Of a stretch of DNA of 62,827 bases, positions 12,827 through 23,376 are shown piece by piece. The stretch is from Paraglomus brasilianum (lineage: Eukaryota), in the NCBI GenBank assembly GCA_910592345.1, contig CAJVPI010000062.1, forward strand, positions 1 through 62,827, in the 5' to 3' direction. Below the pieces are notes generated by a model. The model did no database searches. It saw only the letters and a list, made by a program, of their open reading frames with translations, and was not told where the DNA came from. Within the stretch, counting starts at the first letter, position 1. Every line of letters begins with the position of its first letter. The position numbers and the translations under genes are program-made.

Positions 12827-14769
12827 ATGCACCTCCCATTAATTATCATACTCGGCAAGACAGGTAGGTTACTTTCGCCATATTACCAGGTAATGTTCGC
12901 AATTTGTACTCAGATACACTATCCACCGTTCAATGGCTTGTTTTAGGCGCGGGCAAAAGTACTCTCGGAAATCTACTGCTACACGGAGATTCTGAGGAAG
13001 AAACGTTCAAAGTCGGTCATGGGGCTGTATGTTACACCTGTTTAATAAAAAACTATGCTTATGAGTCCCAGGCACAGTACGATAAAATTCAAAATTTGCA
13101 ATAGGATTCAGGCACGCAAGACTTTGAATCACACGAAGTCGTAATAGAAGATCAGAAGTATTTTATTTGCGACACACCAGGGTTCCTAGATACGCGTGAC
13201 GATGTCAGCATTGGCAGAACATTTGAAGTTTTCAGGCAGAACCTCCAATCGATAAGCGAAATCAAAGCGTTTTTGCTTGTGCTGGGTGGGATATCTGTTG
13301 CAGAATTACAATTGAGAGTAAGATGCTGATTGAAACTAAATCATTCTTTATCGACAATAGAATTGGGTAGAATGACAGCCGAGCAGAAATCTCTCATAGA
13401 AGGTATGTCCACTTTTCTGGGTGAAAAAGCAAAGAGGAATACGATCCTTGTATTCACGCATCTAAGCAATCCCGAAAACATGATGAGAGATGATGTTGTC
13501 GAAAAGGAGTTGCATGAACTGCAGCGCAAATTACTGAACGAGACGAAAAACGGATTTGTTTCTTATGCCTCGCCCCACTTGTACAAATATCTTGGCCAAC
13601 ATTTTGACAGCAATACGAAACGACTAAAGACCATGATTAGCAAGATGGAGTCAATAACTGGAAATGACATAATACATATGGATCCGGATGGTGCATGTAA
13701 GGTTTTAGAACAGACCGAGTTGAAAAAAAGGGTAGAAGTGTTGGAGGGAAGGCTAAAAGATATCGACAATTTAAAGAAAGATCACGAGAGTATGAAGGAA
13801 GAGTTTCAGAAATTCCGTGAGAAAGATAATACGCCCGCTCCTCAATCTGAATGCTTTGATCTAAACACTCGAGTGTTACTTGAAAACAACGAGTATATCC
13901 CAATGAAAGACGTTCGTCTTGGCGATAGAATCTGTTCTGGAATGCAAAACGGGAAACTTCAATTCTCTGAAGTCTATCTCATTACACATCATGAAGAGAT
14001 TGCAACGACGGAATACCTTAAAATCGGGTATAACAGTGGATCAGAATCAGGTGCATTATGGTTTTGTTTCTTCTTTATTGAGCTATCCTTGTTTACGAAT
14101 AGATCAGTCTGACGAATTGGGAAGCATCAAAAATGAGTGATATTAAAAAATTTGTTCATACTTTACTAATAATAGGTGTCCTTCGTCTGACTGCATCGCA
14201 CCATATTTTTGTGAATGGAGACAGAACAACCGACTTTGCTCATAATCTGAAACCGCTGGAAAGCAAGATTCTTGTTTTCAATGGTCTTTATTTAGGCACT
14301 GGGAAGGAATTGACCCTTGTCACAGTAACTAGCGTCACCAGAGTACGTGGATGATTCCTGAGAATGCTAATTGTCAATTCCCTCTTGTATCCGAGATTTT
14401 TAATTCATCAATTTTTAACAGGAGTTCCGTAGGGGGTACATTGGCATGTTCACACGCAAAGGAACAATATTAGCGGACAATGTTCTCTGCTCATGCTATG
14501 CCGAATGCAAGCCATTGCAAAACCTCATTCACCTGGTCATCTTTCCATTGCAATTGATTACATTACTGTACTCCTTCAGTGATTCGAAAGAATTGCATCC
14601 TTACCTCCGAATATTGATGCATATGTATTCGTTGGGCAGAGTGACGATAGTGAGCGGACTCGCTCAATGGTTGCAGAAAACACTTGTGGCTGTAAACAGA
14701 ATTGGCTTGGATTACTATATTATCGTTATTGTATTTGTAATTGGACTTTATCTTTTATTATCGCAATGA
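12827..14769 (+). CDS. GIN1: GIN1-like protein: AIG1/GIMAP-type GTPase + coiled coil + Hedgehog-type Hint domain + sterol-recognition-like region + C-terminal TM helix (500 aa, 6 exons)
   Basis: Manual model join(12827..12863,12947..13026,13105..13285,13361..14050,14176..14342,14422..14769) = 1503 nt, all introns GT..AG, frame open throughout. GTPase motifs: G1 IIILGKTGAGKSTLGN, G3 ICDTPGFLDT, AIG1 motifs AFLLVLELGRMTAEQ and ILVFTH. Hint motifs: CFDLNTRV (Cys at 13852), LRLTASHHIFV (TxxH), GYIGMFTRKGTILADNVLCSCYA. SRR-like HLVIFPLQ..LHPYLRIL; hydrophobic tail YYIIVIVFVIGLYLLL. Symbol reflects architecture, not proven orthology; an extra upstream exon is possible. Confidence 0.9.
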
Positions 14770-16866
14770 TTAAACGATAGCTAAATTGGCGCAGTATATT
14801 ACAATACACGTGATTTTATGCGTTTGTTAGGGATTTCGTCTGATATGCATGCCTCTGTGTACTACTGCATATATGCGCTGCTCCCTGTGCCATCACCGGA
14901 TATGTTATTTTATTGCCTGCAGTTTATGCATGCTTTCGGCTTTATTTATTTCCATTTTATGCGTTTGAATGGCTATAAAGGATAAATGAATGTATCACAT
15001 ATGGATAATAATATGGGCAGCCGTTACTATCTATAGTCCTACCTTTATGATGTATCATAGCAGCCGACTATTGGCTATTTGGTATTCGCGTGATGTTATC
15101 TTTAATGATTTTGTTTTCCTTTTGAGATGTTAAAAGTTTTTATGATGCGCATAAAATATAATGGCCAAGCGCAGTGAAAGAATGGAGCATGAGCTTTATT
15201 ACTAAGGCGCAGGGATGAAACAAAGTCGGAAAGCAAATCACCATATGGAGAGAGAGAGCGGCATTAGGAGCAGCAATAAATAGTAGGACAGCGCCTTCTG
15301 CGTTCGTAACGAGTTGTCGTCATATGCAGCATAGATGTTGCAAGAAGGTTCCCTCCCCCTTACCCGCGCCTCAATAATTGAACTAGTTTACATTAATATA
15401 TCACGCCACGCGCGAGAGATAAACTAAGGGGATGTAACTTTATAGTCTTGCCATACTCGTCTCCATGCTATTTATGTGTGTCGCGTTCCTGCATACAATC
15501 GATAAACCTTATTAATTGTAAGAGCCTAGTTAAAAATGGAGAACAAGCGAAGAGACAAAATGGCAAGCATAAACAAATGTGTTAATTTGGATTAATTGCT
15601 TTCATTTGTGCATATTATCGCGTGTGGTGGCTATGTGAGTTATGGCGGACATTTACGGCTGCAAATTTCTCTACAAGCGTTTATGCGCATAAATAAAATA
15701 AAGTACAAATACTTTAGTGCTTGGTGACATTTTGCTGAGTATTAAGTCACTGCTTTATTATCACAACGCTGTATGTGATATGTGATGATAGGTTTTGGTG
15801 TATCCCTGCAATCTTAACGCAGGAACAGGATATCCTTGAGAATAATAGCATTGAGTTAGCATAATTGTACCATGCATAAGTTGGTGGTCTTAATGTATGT
15901 TGATACGTTCGTTTTTAATTGCGTAATGTCTTGGCGGAGTATTTCACGTGAACGGTCGGTCAAAAAATTGGGGATTTTCCCGCAAAAGTTATGAAAATGG
16001 GCGATTTTTGACAATGTGCTGTAATACAATTACCTCGAAAAAGGTCCTTTCATTTTCATTTCGGTAGATTAATTGCTTGAATTTACAAAATTACTCAAAC
16101 GTAACGTAATAAAAGCTCTAACAAATATGGCAAGAATTCTATTCGCCAGATTTAACAACTGCCTAAACTAGAAATGGCATCTTCAGTCTTCTTGTTTGCG
16201 TATGTCGAATTTAATGCAAAATCCTTTGTTCAAAAGTGCCATGAAAGATTTATTCACTTGAGCAACTCGCATACTTTTAAATAAAATTTTGTACTTGGAA
16301 GACAGCTTTGTGTATATATTTCACGAATTAATAACTCTACGAATATAAAATAATCACGTTACAAATTTTTATTGCCAGAACATATCAAGCTAACTTGAAG
16401 CATAAAAGATCGTTTTTACATGCAAATTTCCGAACGATGGATGATTCATCTGTTTAAATAAATTTTTATTATTTCTCGCGCGTTGATTTCATTCACATAG
16501 AAGACAACTTTGTGTACATATTATATAAAGTAACCAGACAATGTATCGTTACAAATGTAAAATCGGAAGTTGTCATAACAACTTGGTATACAATATTGCA
16601 ATTTTTTGGGTGATAGATGGAGTTTATCTGTTTTGTAATTCCACGCGCATTGATTTTCATTCACACAAACCAATGGAGCGTAATGCATCAAATTGCAGTT
16701 TACTAATTAAATCACGAAAATAAATTAAAGACTTGTCAGATTGACTATTTAGTTACCAGCACAAATCCGATAAAGTACTTACAGCATGAATTTAAAAACG
16801 TTAAGAGTATAATTCACAATCAAAGCATCATACCGTAAATTTCCGCAAGACAAACTCGTCGGAATC

Positions 16867-17048
16867 GGGTCCGTATTATTTCATCGACAATCATTTCATC
16901 GACAGTACATTTCACCGATAATTAACTACTAAAAAGGATAAATTCGAAATAATGTTGGTAAATAATTGTCGGTGAAATAATTGTCGGTGAAATAATTGTC
17001 GGTGAAATGATTGTCGATGAAATAATTGTCGATGAAATGATTGCCTCC
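16867..17048 (-). mobile_element. Non-autonomous MITE (Mutator-like, 9-bp TSD), copy 1 with expanded 15-bp subrepeats
   Basis: Termini GGGTCCGTATT...GATTGCCTCC; internal tandem units like TTGTCGGTGAAATAA; flanks GTCGGAATC / CTCAGAATC (7/9 match). Homologous to 43551-43687 and 59281-59393. Confidence 0.8.
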
Positions 17049-17138
17049 CTCAGAATCTTATTGAAAGCATGATAAATACGACAGACAATAAATTCAAGCA
17101 GGCCAACAAAGTGTTGATAATTAAAACGTATATCCCAT

Positions 17139-17210
17139 GTATACGCCACTACAATTACGGTCATCGCATTATTTGTATACGCCACTACTCTACGGTCATC
17201 ACATTATTTG
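17139..17210. repeat. ~36-bp tandem duplication
   Basis: GTATACGCCACTAC..TACGGTCATC(G/A)CATTATTTG present twice in tandem. Confidence 0.7.
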
Positions 17211-19632
17211 CATAATTAACTAATACATTTGGAGTTTTGCGTTCCTTTATTTAGTTGCACCTTTAACTAATACATTTGGTGTAGCTGGCCGCGCCTCTAG
17301 CTTCATTGCCTAAATTATGGATTGTGTCTATGGTCTTTTTCCTTTTTTATATACAATGTCGAGTTTTGGTTTTGAAGCAATTTTTGCAACATGGCTTGAC
17401 TATACAGTAGATGCTGGCCGTCTGATTTCATTCACGCGAATTTCAAGTGAAAGTTTACAACCGATCATGTGATAATACGACATTATAGCGTCATATGATA
17501 CTAGTGTCATAACCAACATTGTGTCATGTTGGACATGTCGCGCGTGTGTTATAGTAAAAGCGTTAGTTTAGTAAATAAGTTATTGATGCCAAACACTACA
17601 TTGCTACAAGATGTCATGGATGGTCCATAAAGTCACAAGCCTGTGGAGATAGAGTTTATGTGATCTCTACCAGCCTTTATATTATTGTTTTCTGTTCTTG
17701 TGAAAACAAGAGCCTGGTTACGCATAGTTTTTATATTACCTAATCGCTAGTAACTTGGTACTAATGTAAATTTAGGGTGGTGGTATTTATAAGATTAAGG
17801 GGGTGTGTTTTTTCGGACGCATCACAGTGACTACAATGGCATTTCGCGTGAATTATTAAATAGCATTATTAATAATCGGGCATATTACTGTATTATGACT
17901 GTAAGCATCATAATGGCAGATTGCTTGTCTTACTTTTGTATCTGATCATCTCAAGCTGTTGGTTGACCATGGGGTGAGTAACCGTGGTTTTTTCCCATTA
18001 TTGGCAATTGTAATATCTTGGGTTTATTTATTTGGTTTAACCTTATCCTTTCATCGCAACAGAAGATTGGCAGGGCCGTACTGTGTGTGGTGATCGGGCT
18101 TATTAGCAACATGTTTTGACATTTCCATTGTGTACACTATCTTCAATTACGAGACAACTGTCCATTGTAGTGGGTAAATATAAGCTTGTTCTCTTATTGC
18201 GGTAACAAAACAAATAGTATCTACATCGTCCACCCGGAAATCCTGTTACTTGCTTATTGCTACATTATGATAATGATCATTAAACAAATTGATGGGCAGA
18301 TAGAATGTAGTGGTATTTGCACTCGTTGTACATACAGATTAGCGTCTATGAGTGTATATGAGAGGGTGGTTATTCTACAAATGGCATACGTTTACCCAAA
18401 GTATGTTGGTATCTATATTACAAAATATTTTGTTTATGTGCCAATTAATTTTGTTGCATGGCAAGATGATCTGTATCAATTTGCAGATCTGTTAAATTAA
18501 TTTAGTGCTTAGCATCGTATGCTGGATTCATTGGCTCGATCCTGTCATGTGGTATTCATATCTATTTGTATATCACGTGATAAACATATCAATAGAATAT
18601 AGCTTTCGTTCATCGTTCTCTTATTATTATATATATCCACACCGTAAACTATATACAGGTTTACGTTAACCCAGACCTAGCATATGTTTCGGATGTTTAA
18701 AAAATTATCCGGCAATCTATTTGAATCAATGCCACGTTATAAAAATTGTTCAATAACAATACTTGGGTTATCTGATTGTCATTACGAAAGTATTGTTGCT
18801 TCCCAGCATAAATGTTGACGTTTTGTGAAAGAGTTGACAAATATACAGTTTTACAATGTATAATACAATGTGCGATTTTATGAATTGTATTGATGTTGTA
18901 TAAAGTACAATACCCTGCTATACTATATAGTACTTTCCGCTAATCATTACCACAAACGCTGTAACAATCTTTATACCATTTTAGGATTAATTGTAATTTT
19001 CTAGTTTGTCAACCTGTTCCAGCTCTCATCAATATCGTCCGTCTCTCCACGTGTGTTACTTCTGATATATATTAAGATATATATCGGAGTAAGTATTCCA
19101 CTCCTCTCCTCCATCAGAGTTTAAGCTAATATTGGTGAAACATAGGTTAAATGTTATCAAATTATCAACGAACCAATTAAGAGCGGAATAAGAATTCCGG
19201 CATTCCTGTGCATTGGCTCATTAGGGAACATTGTATTGGGACTGATTGTAAGCATAGACACGGAGTATTGTGAATGTGAATTTAATAATAGAAAACCAGT
19301 ACTACGCCTGCTTTTTTTGTTGTATATATTAATAAGTGATTATGCTGATATCACTATTAATAAATCAAAGTGACATTCCCCCTACTTTTTGGCCCCCCGA
19401 TAACTCCGACACATACGCCGCAAAGATAAGCAAGAGTCATGCACTTGTGTGCATGATTGATTATGTTTATATCTGATGACAACGAATCGGTTCTTCCTAT
19501 TAGTTCTCTGTTTACTTCGGGCTTGATCTTATCGCCACCGATAAACGATAAGCATAACATTGCATACTGTGCTTGACGCCGAACTGGGTGTGAATGTGAG
19601 GCGTGGTCTGTGTGTGGGAAGAGGGAGAAGCA

Positions 19633-19680
19633 AGGAGAAGGAGTTAGGAGAAGGAGTTAGGAGAAGGAGTTAAGAGAAGG
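19633..19680. repeat. 13-bp purine-rich minisatellite
   Basis: AGGAGAAGGAGTT x3 plus a partial copy. Confidence 0.85.
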
Positions 19681-19884
19681 TAACAATGGAAGAAGAGAAG
19701 AAATTGTAAACGATCGTTAAAGTGATTAGGTGAATAACAAATTATCCATGCCGACATTGTTGTGACTTGTATTGTCTATGTCGTGAACTATGTGTGCGAT
19801 TGCGCCAGATGTTTATTCTATCAGGTTGATATGGATGTTATTCTCCGTTTAGTACAATTATCCTATTTGAGAAATAGTTTGACC

Positions 19885-20112
19885 ATGTCTGGTGAACAAG
19901 AATAAAAAAGACCCTTAAACTACTTCATTGAAATGTTGCAGATTCACGAGGTTGTTGAATATTTTAAGATACAGTATGAGGATCTTCAATTGAATGACTT
20001 ACTGTTTTACGTCTGTATAATTGTGACATCAAAGAATACAATACCTATGGCTGATTTTGTTCGTAAGATTGGCAACATCTCAACTCGTCCGCTTTTACTC
20101 GACTTGAAATAA
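19885..20112 (+). pseudogene. Possible highly degenerate HMG-box remnant
   Basis: MSGEQE*KRPLNYFIEML...FKIQYEDLQLNDLL...IKEYNT/MADFVRK resembles the HMG pattern KRPxNxF..K..Y..MA. Contains a stop and frameshifts; the conserved Trp is missing. Confidence 0.25.
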
Positions 20113-20274
20113 TTTGAAAGTTTGTTTATAATTGGTGATCATCATTAAGCAGGGGTTTGCATCAATTATAAACATGCAAATTAACTTTAAATTTTAATTT
20201 TATACAGTACGTTGTTCATCATCAAACAACCCTGGTAAACCATGGGTTTAACTTGCTCGTATACATTACTACTA

Positions 20275-20426
20275 CAAGTGGCTCTCGATACAAGAAATTT
20301 TCGATACAAGAAAGTATTTTTGCTGGACCCGATTTAAAATCTTGTAACAAACAACTCTCGTCATAAGAGATTTCGATACAAGGAATTTGTTGGGCCCGAC
20401 CACTTTCTTATATCGAGACTCACTTG
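20275..20426. mobile_element. 152-bp Tc1/mariner-pogo-type MITE
   Basis: 23-bp TIRs CAAGTG(GC/AG)TCTCGATA(C/T)AAGAAA with 3 mismatches; TA on both sides (20273-74, 20427-28); internal TCGATACAAG repeats. Confidence 0.8.
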
Positions 20427-22077
20427 TATTACCTATTTTTAATATAACGATCAATGTGACATATAGCATTAGAAACTAGCCCAACCAAGCCATTTGCCTT
20501 AACCCTAAATTGCTTAACTAAACAAAGACCCCAAGCGGCGCCTTTGTTTATTTCTTCTTCCAACTGATTGTTCATGAAACATCGGAGGCTGGTGAGATCT
20601 GGTGATTCACATTCTACGCTCAAACAATTGCGATCGATGTGTATACTGCATACATTTATCAGCGACGACCTCGCCATGATGATATAAACTGCGCCAAATA
20701 CCTCATATGCAATTTTAGACTTGCATAAATTATCAACCCGCCGGCGATCATAGAACAAAGGTAATAAACAATGAATAATAAATAGAAGAAGCTTATCTCC
20801 TGAGATATCTTATCATAGATTATTAATATATTGAAACAACTCCCCCGATCACGCCTCTGGTACAGACAATGTAATACATTGTCTGAACTACCCAAACAGT
20901 TATTCTATAATGTATCATACCCCATCGCCAGATGAAACAAAAGGGATTGGCTTTTACCATATTCTACTCTTGGCGTATATTCGAGGATTTCATGGTTTCA
21001 TTATTGTGGGGTCAAATATATGCAGAACACAGTCATACACTTCTTAATTTAGAAAATAAACGAAGGTGAAATAGAGAACAAACCCCATTGCCCCTGTTTC
21101 TCCCGCGAACTTTATTGATTTCTTGGATAATAATAAAATAAGTAAAAAAAGTAGACTAATAACAATGCTAATAATTCTAATTAAACTAATTCAAAAGCCA
21201 GAAAAAAGTCTCCGTGACATAAGTGGATGAGATTTACATTTAACATTATTTCTGACTTTAAGTTCTATTATATATCATACAACATTACAAAATAATGCCA
21301 GCCAGCGAATACTGCACGTGAAGAACAGAGAGGCTTCTAACAAATCGACGAATAAATCTTAATTAATTATAGCATCGCATATAACAATCGCCCATCTTCA
21401 CTATTCTACAACCGTGCTTTCTCGCTTAGCTGGGATACTATTTTTACAGTACTTTTGAGTGTTGGGCTTCTCAAAATTCTCCCTGACTAGTGTAAATATG
21501 TAATTATCTTCCCATATATTCCTTCATCTCACTTCCACTTTCGAACAACAGAGACCTCTTTCGTTCAAAGACGAGAATCGTGTACTTTATATATATATAT
21601 CAAATAAAAAAAACTAACCTCGATACCCTAAAGCAATGTATCTACAAGACTTTTCCTTGTTAAAAGGAAAAGAAAAGATCAAGAAAAGAAAAAAAACCGA
21701 TGATAAAAGAACAGAACAAAAAAGACGAGTGATATTCGTTTGATCGGGTAAAGTGAAAGAAACAGACCAGTGTATACAAAGTGTACTTACAAAACCTCGA
21801 AAGCCCATCCGACCCATAAAAACCCAAAAAGAATTAAATAACCCAATCGAACGATTGTATATGTTATAAACCATATTTTTATAATTTTCTCACTTTTTTG
21901 TGTATTTTTTGTTTCTTTTCTTTCTCCAATGTGAAAGGTGAAAGAGAAAAAGCATTTAAAAAGGTAAAATAAAGGGAAAGGGGGGAAGTGTGAGAGGGAA
22001 TATATGTAACAGTTGAAAAAGAGGAAAAAAAAAAAAGGAAAAGAAAAAAGAGAAACCCAAGTATTATACTTTTATTA

Positions 22078-23376
22078 TTATTGTAAGTAGGCAACTTGTT
22101 GATTCGCAGAACCACCCAAGAAATCGTTGACATCTAAGTTCGCAAGTAAGTCGGTATATGACGGTTGACCGTTACCGTTAGCTCCATTGTTATGATAAAA
22201 CTGTTCACCAGTCTCGACATAAATATTTGAAGTATCGGTAGGCGACGTCGGCGTCGAAATGTTATGATGGAGCATATAATCATCCAACACTTGGCGATGG
22301 CTTCTGTAGACATCCGGAATGACACAAAAGTCCAAGTTCTGATACCCGCCGTATGGACCATCTATGGACTGGAATTGGATAGGTGTATTGTGACCGCTCG
22401 TCGAATAAGCCAACTCATGATAGACACTTGGTTGACGATTGACCTTCAAGGACTGAACGCCCAATTGTGGTGGGGATATTGGAGTTATTGGCGAGACGGA
22501 GGTGGTGGATGATGTTGTGGTATTGGTGGACGGAATTGAAGACATGTCGGGGAAGTGTGTGTTGTGCAATTCGTCGAGCGGAGCTGGACTAGCCATCAAA
22601 GGTATTTCGGGTTGGGATGGAAGAATAGGATGTGCGGTATCGGTTCTAGTGGCTAAGTTTGACGTTATGATTGATGGAAAGAAGTTTTGGGCTGATAGGT
22701 CTAATCGTGTTGGTGAATTGGGAACTGGTTTGGATCTCCGTCGAACTGGTCCAGTAGTCGAAACAGCTCCATTTCCGACCGACTTGCTCTCGTTGGCTGC
22801 GGCTGCTTCCTTGCGGCGTTGTTGTCGGCGTTTGTCAACCTTTTCGCTCTTCTTCTTGTTCTTGACCGGGCGATAGACATAATCCGGATACTGCTTCATG
22901 TGCTCCAATTTCTTGCGATCTGCGTATCTCTCCCATTCTAAACGAGTTTCTTCAGACTCGGATTTCCACATGTCTGAAATTTGCCTCGAGACTTCAGCGT
23001 TCGTAAGGTGCCTCTGTGATGCAATGATTGCTGGTTGTTTGGCACGTCTATAGAGGATGAAGGCATTGGGTGGGCGCGGAGTACGTCTAGGTTGCGATTG
23101 AGATGAAGATTGTCTATCTTGTCCACTGTTATCGTTTGTTTGTTCATCGCCTGCGGCTGCGCCTGCTGCTAGGGCATGACTTTTATTAAAGTCGTGTATA
23201 TGAGAGTCTTGCAGTGGAATGAAATTGTTATGGCTATAGTAACCCATCGCGGAGGGATCAACCTCGCCCCGCGATGAAATGTCGATAAAGTTTTGAGATG
23301 TCGGAGACTTTTGAGATGTCGATGGGCTATCGAACATCAAGAGACCACAGAACTTCTTTCTAGCTTCAACATCCAT
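22078..23376 (-). CDS. MATA-type HMG-box transcription factor (432 aa, intronless)
   Basis: PRPPNAFILYRRAKQPAI..LTNAEVSRQISDMWKSESEETRLEWERYADRKKLEHMKQYPDYVYRP followed by a basic tail; S/P-rich C-terminus. Confidence 0.95.
   Translation of the reverse strand: MDVEARKKFCGLLMFDSPSTSQKSPTSQNFIDISSRGEVDPSAMGYYSHNNFIPLQDSHIHDFNKSHALAAGAAAGDEQTNDNSGQDRQSSSQSQPRRTPRPPNAFILYRRAKQPAIIASQRHLTNAEVSRQISDMWKSESEETRLEWERYADRKKLEHMKQYPDYVYRPVKNKKKSEKVDKRRQQRRKEAAAANESKSVGNGAVSTTGPVRRRSKPVPNSPTRLDLSAQNFFPSIITSNLATRTDTAHPILPSQPEIPLMASPAPLDELHNTHFPDMSSIPSTNTTTSSTTSVSPITPISPPQLGVQSLKVNRQPSVYHELAYSTSGHNTPIQFQSIDGPYGGYQNLDFCVIPDVYRSHRQVLDDYMLHHNISTPTSPTDTSNIYVETGEQFYHNNGANGNGQPSYTDLLANLDVNDFLGGSANQQVAYLQ

Noticed and set aside
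13852..14510. Hint domain as a true protein-splicing intein
   Set aside because: It ends in SCYA followed by an SRR-like region rather than His-Asn plus Cys/Ser/Thr, and has no endonuclease domain; it is Hedgehog-type.
16972..17041. 15-bp tandem array as a CRISPR, or the ORF 16922-17185 (TIISP repeats) as a gene
   Set aside because: No unique spacers and no cas genes; the array is the internal subrepeat of the MITE.
11878..17262. ~24-bp inverted match (AGGTGCAACTAATAAAGGAACGCAA near 11878 vs TTGCGTTCCTTTATTTAGTTGCACCT near 17237) as TIRs of an element carrying the GIN1-like gene
   Set aside because: Similarity does not extend, no TSD was found and no transposase lies inside; more likely fragments of a dispersed repeat.
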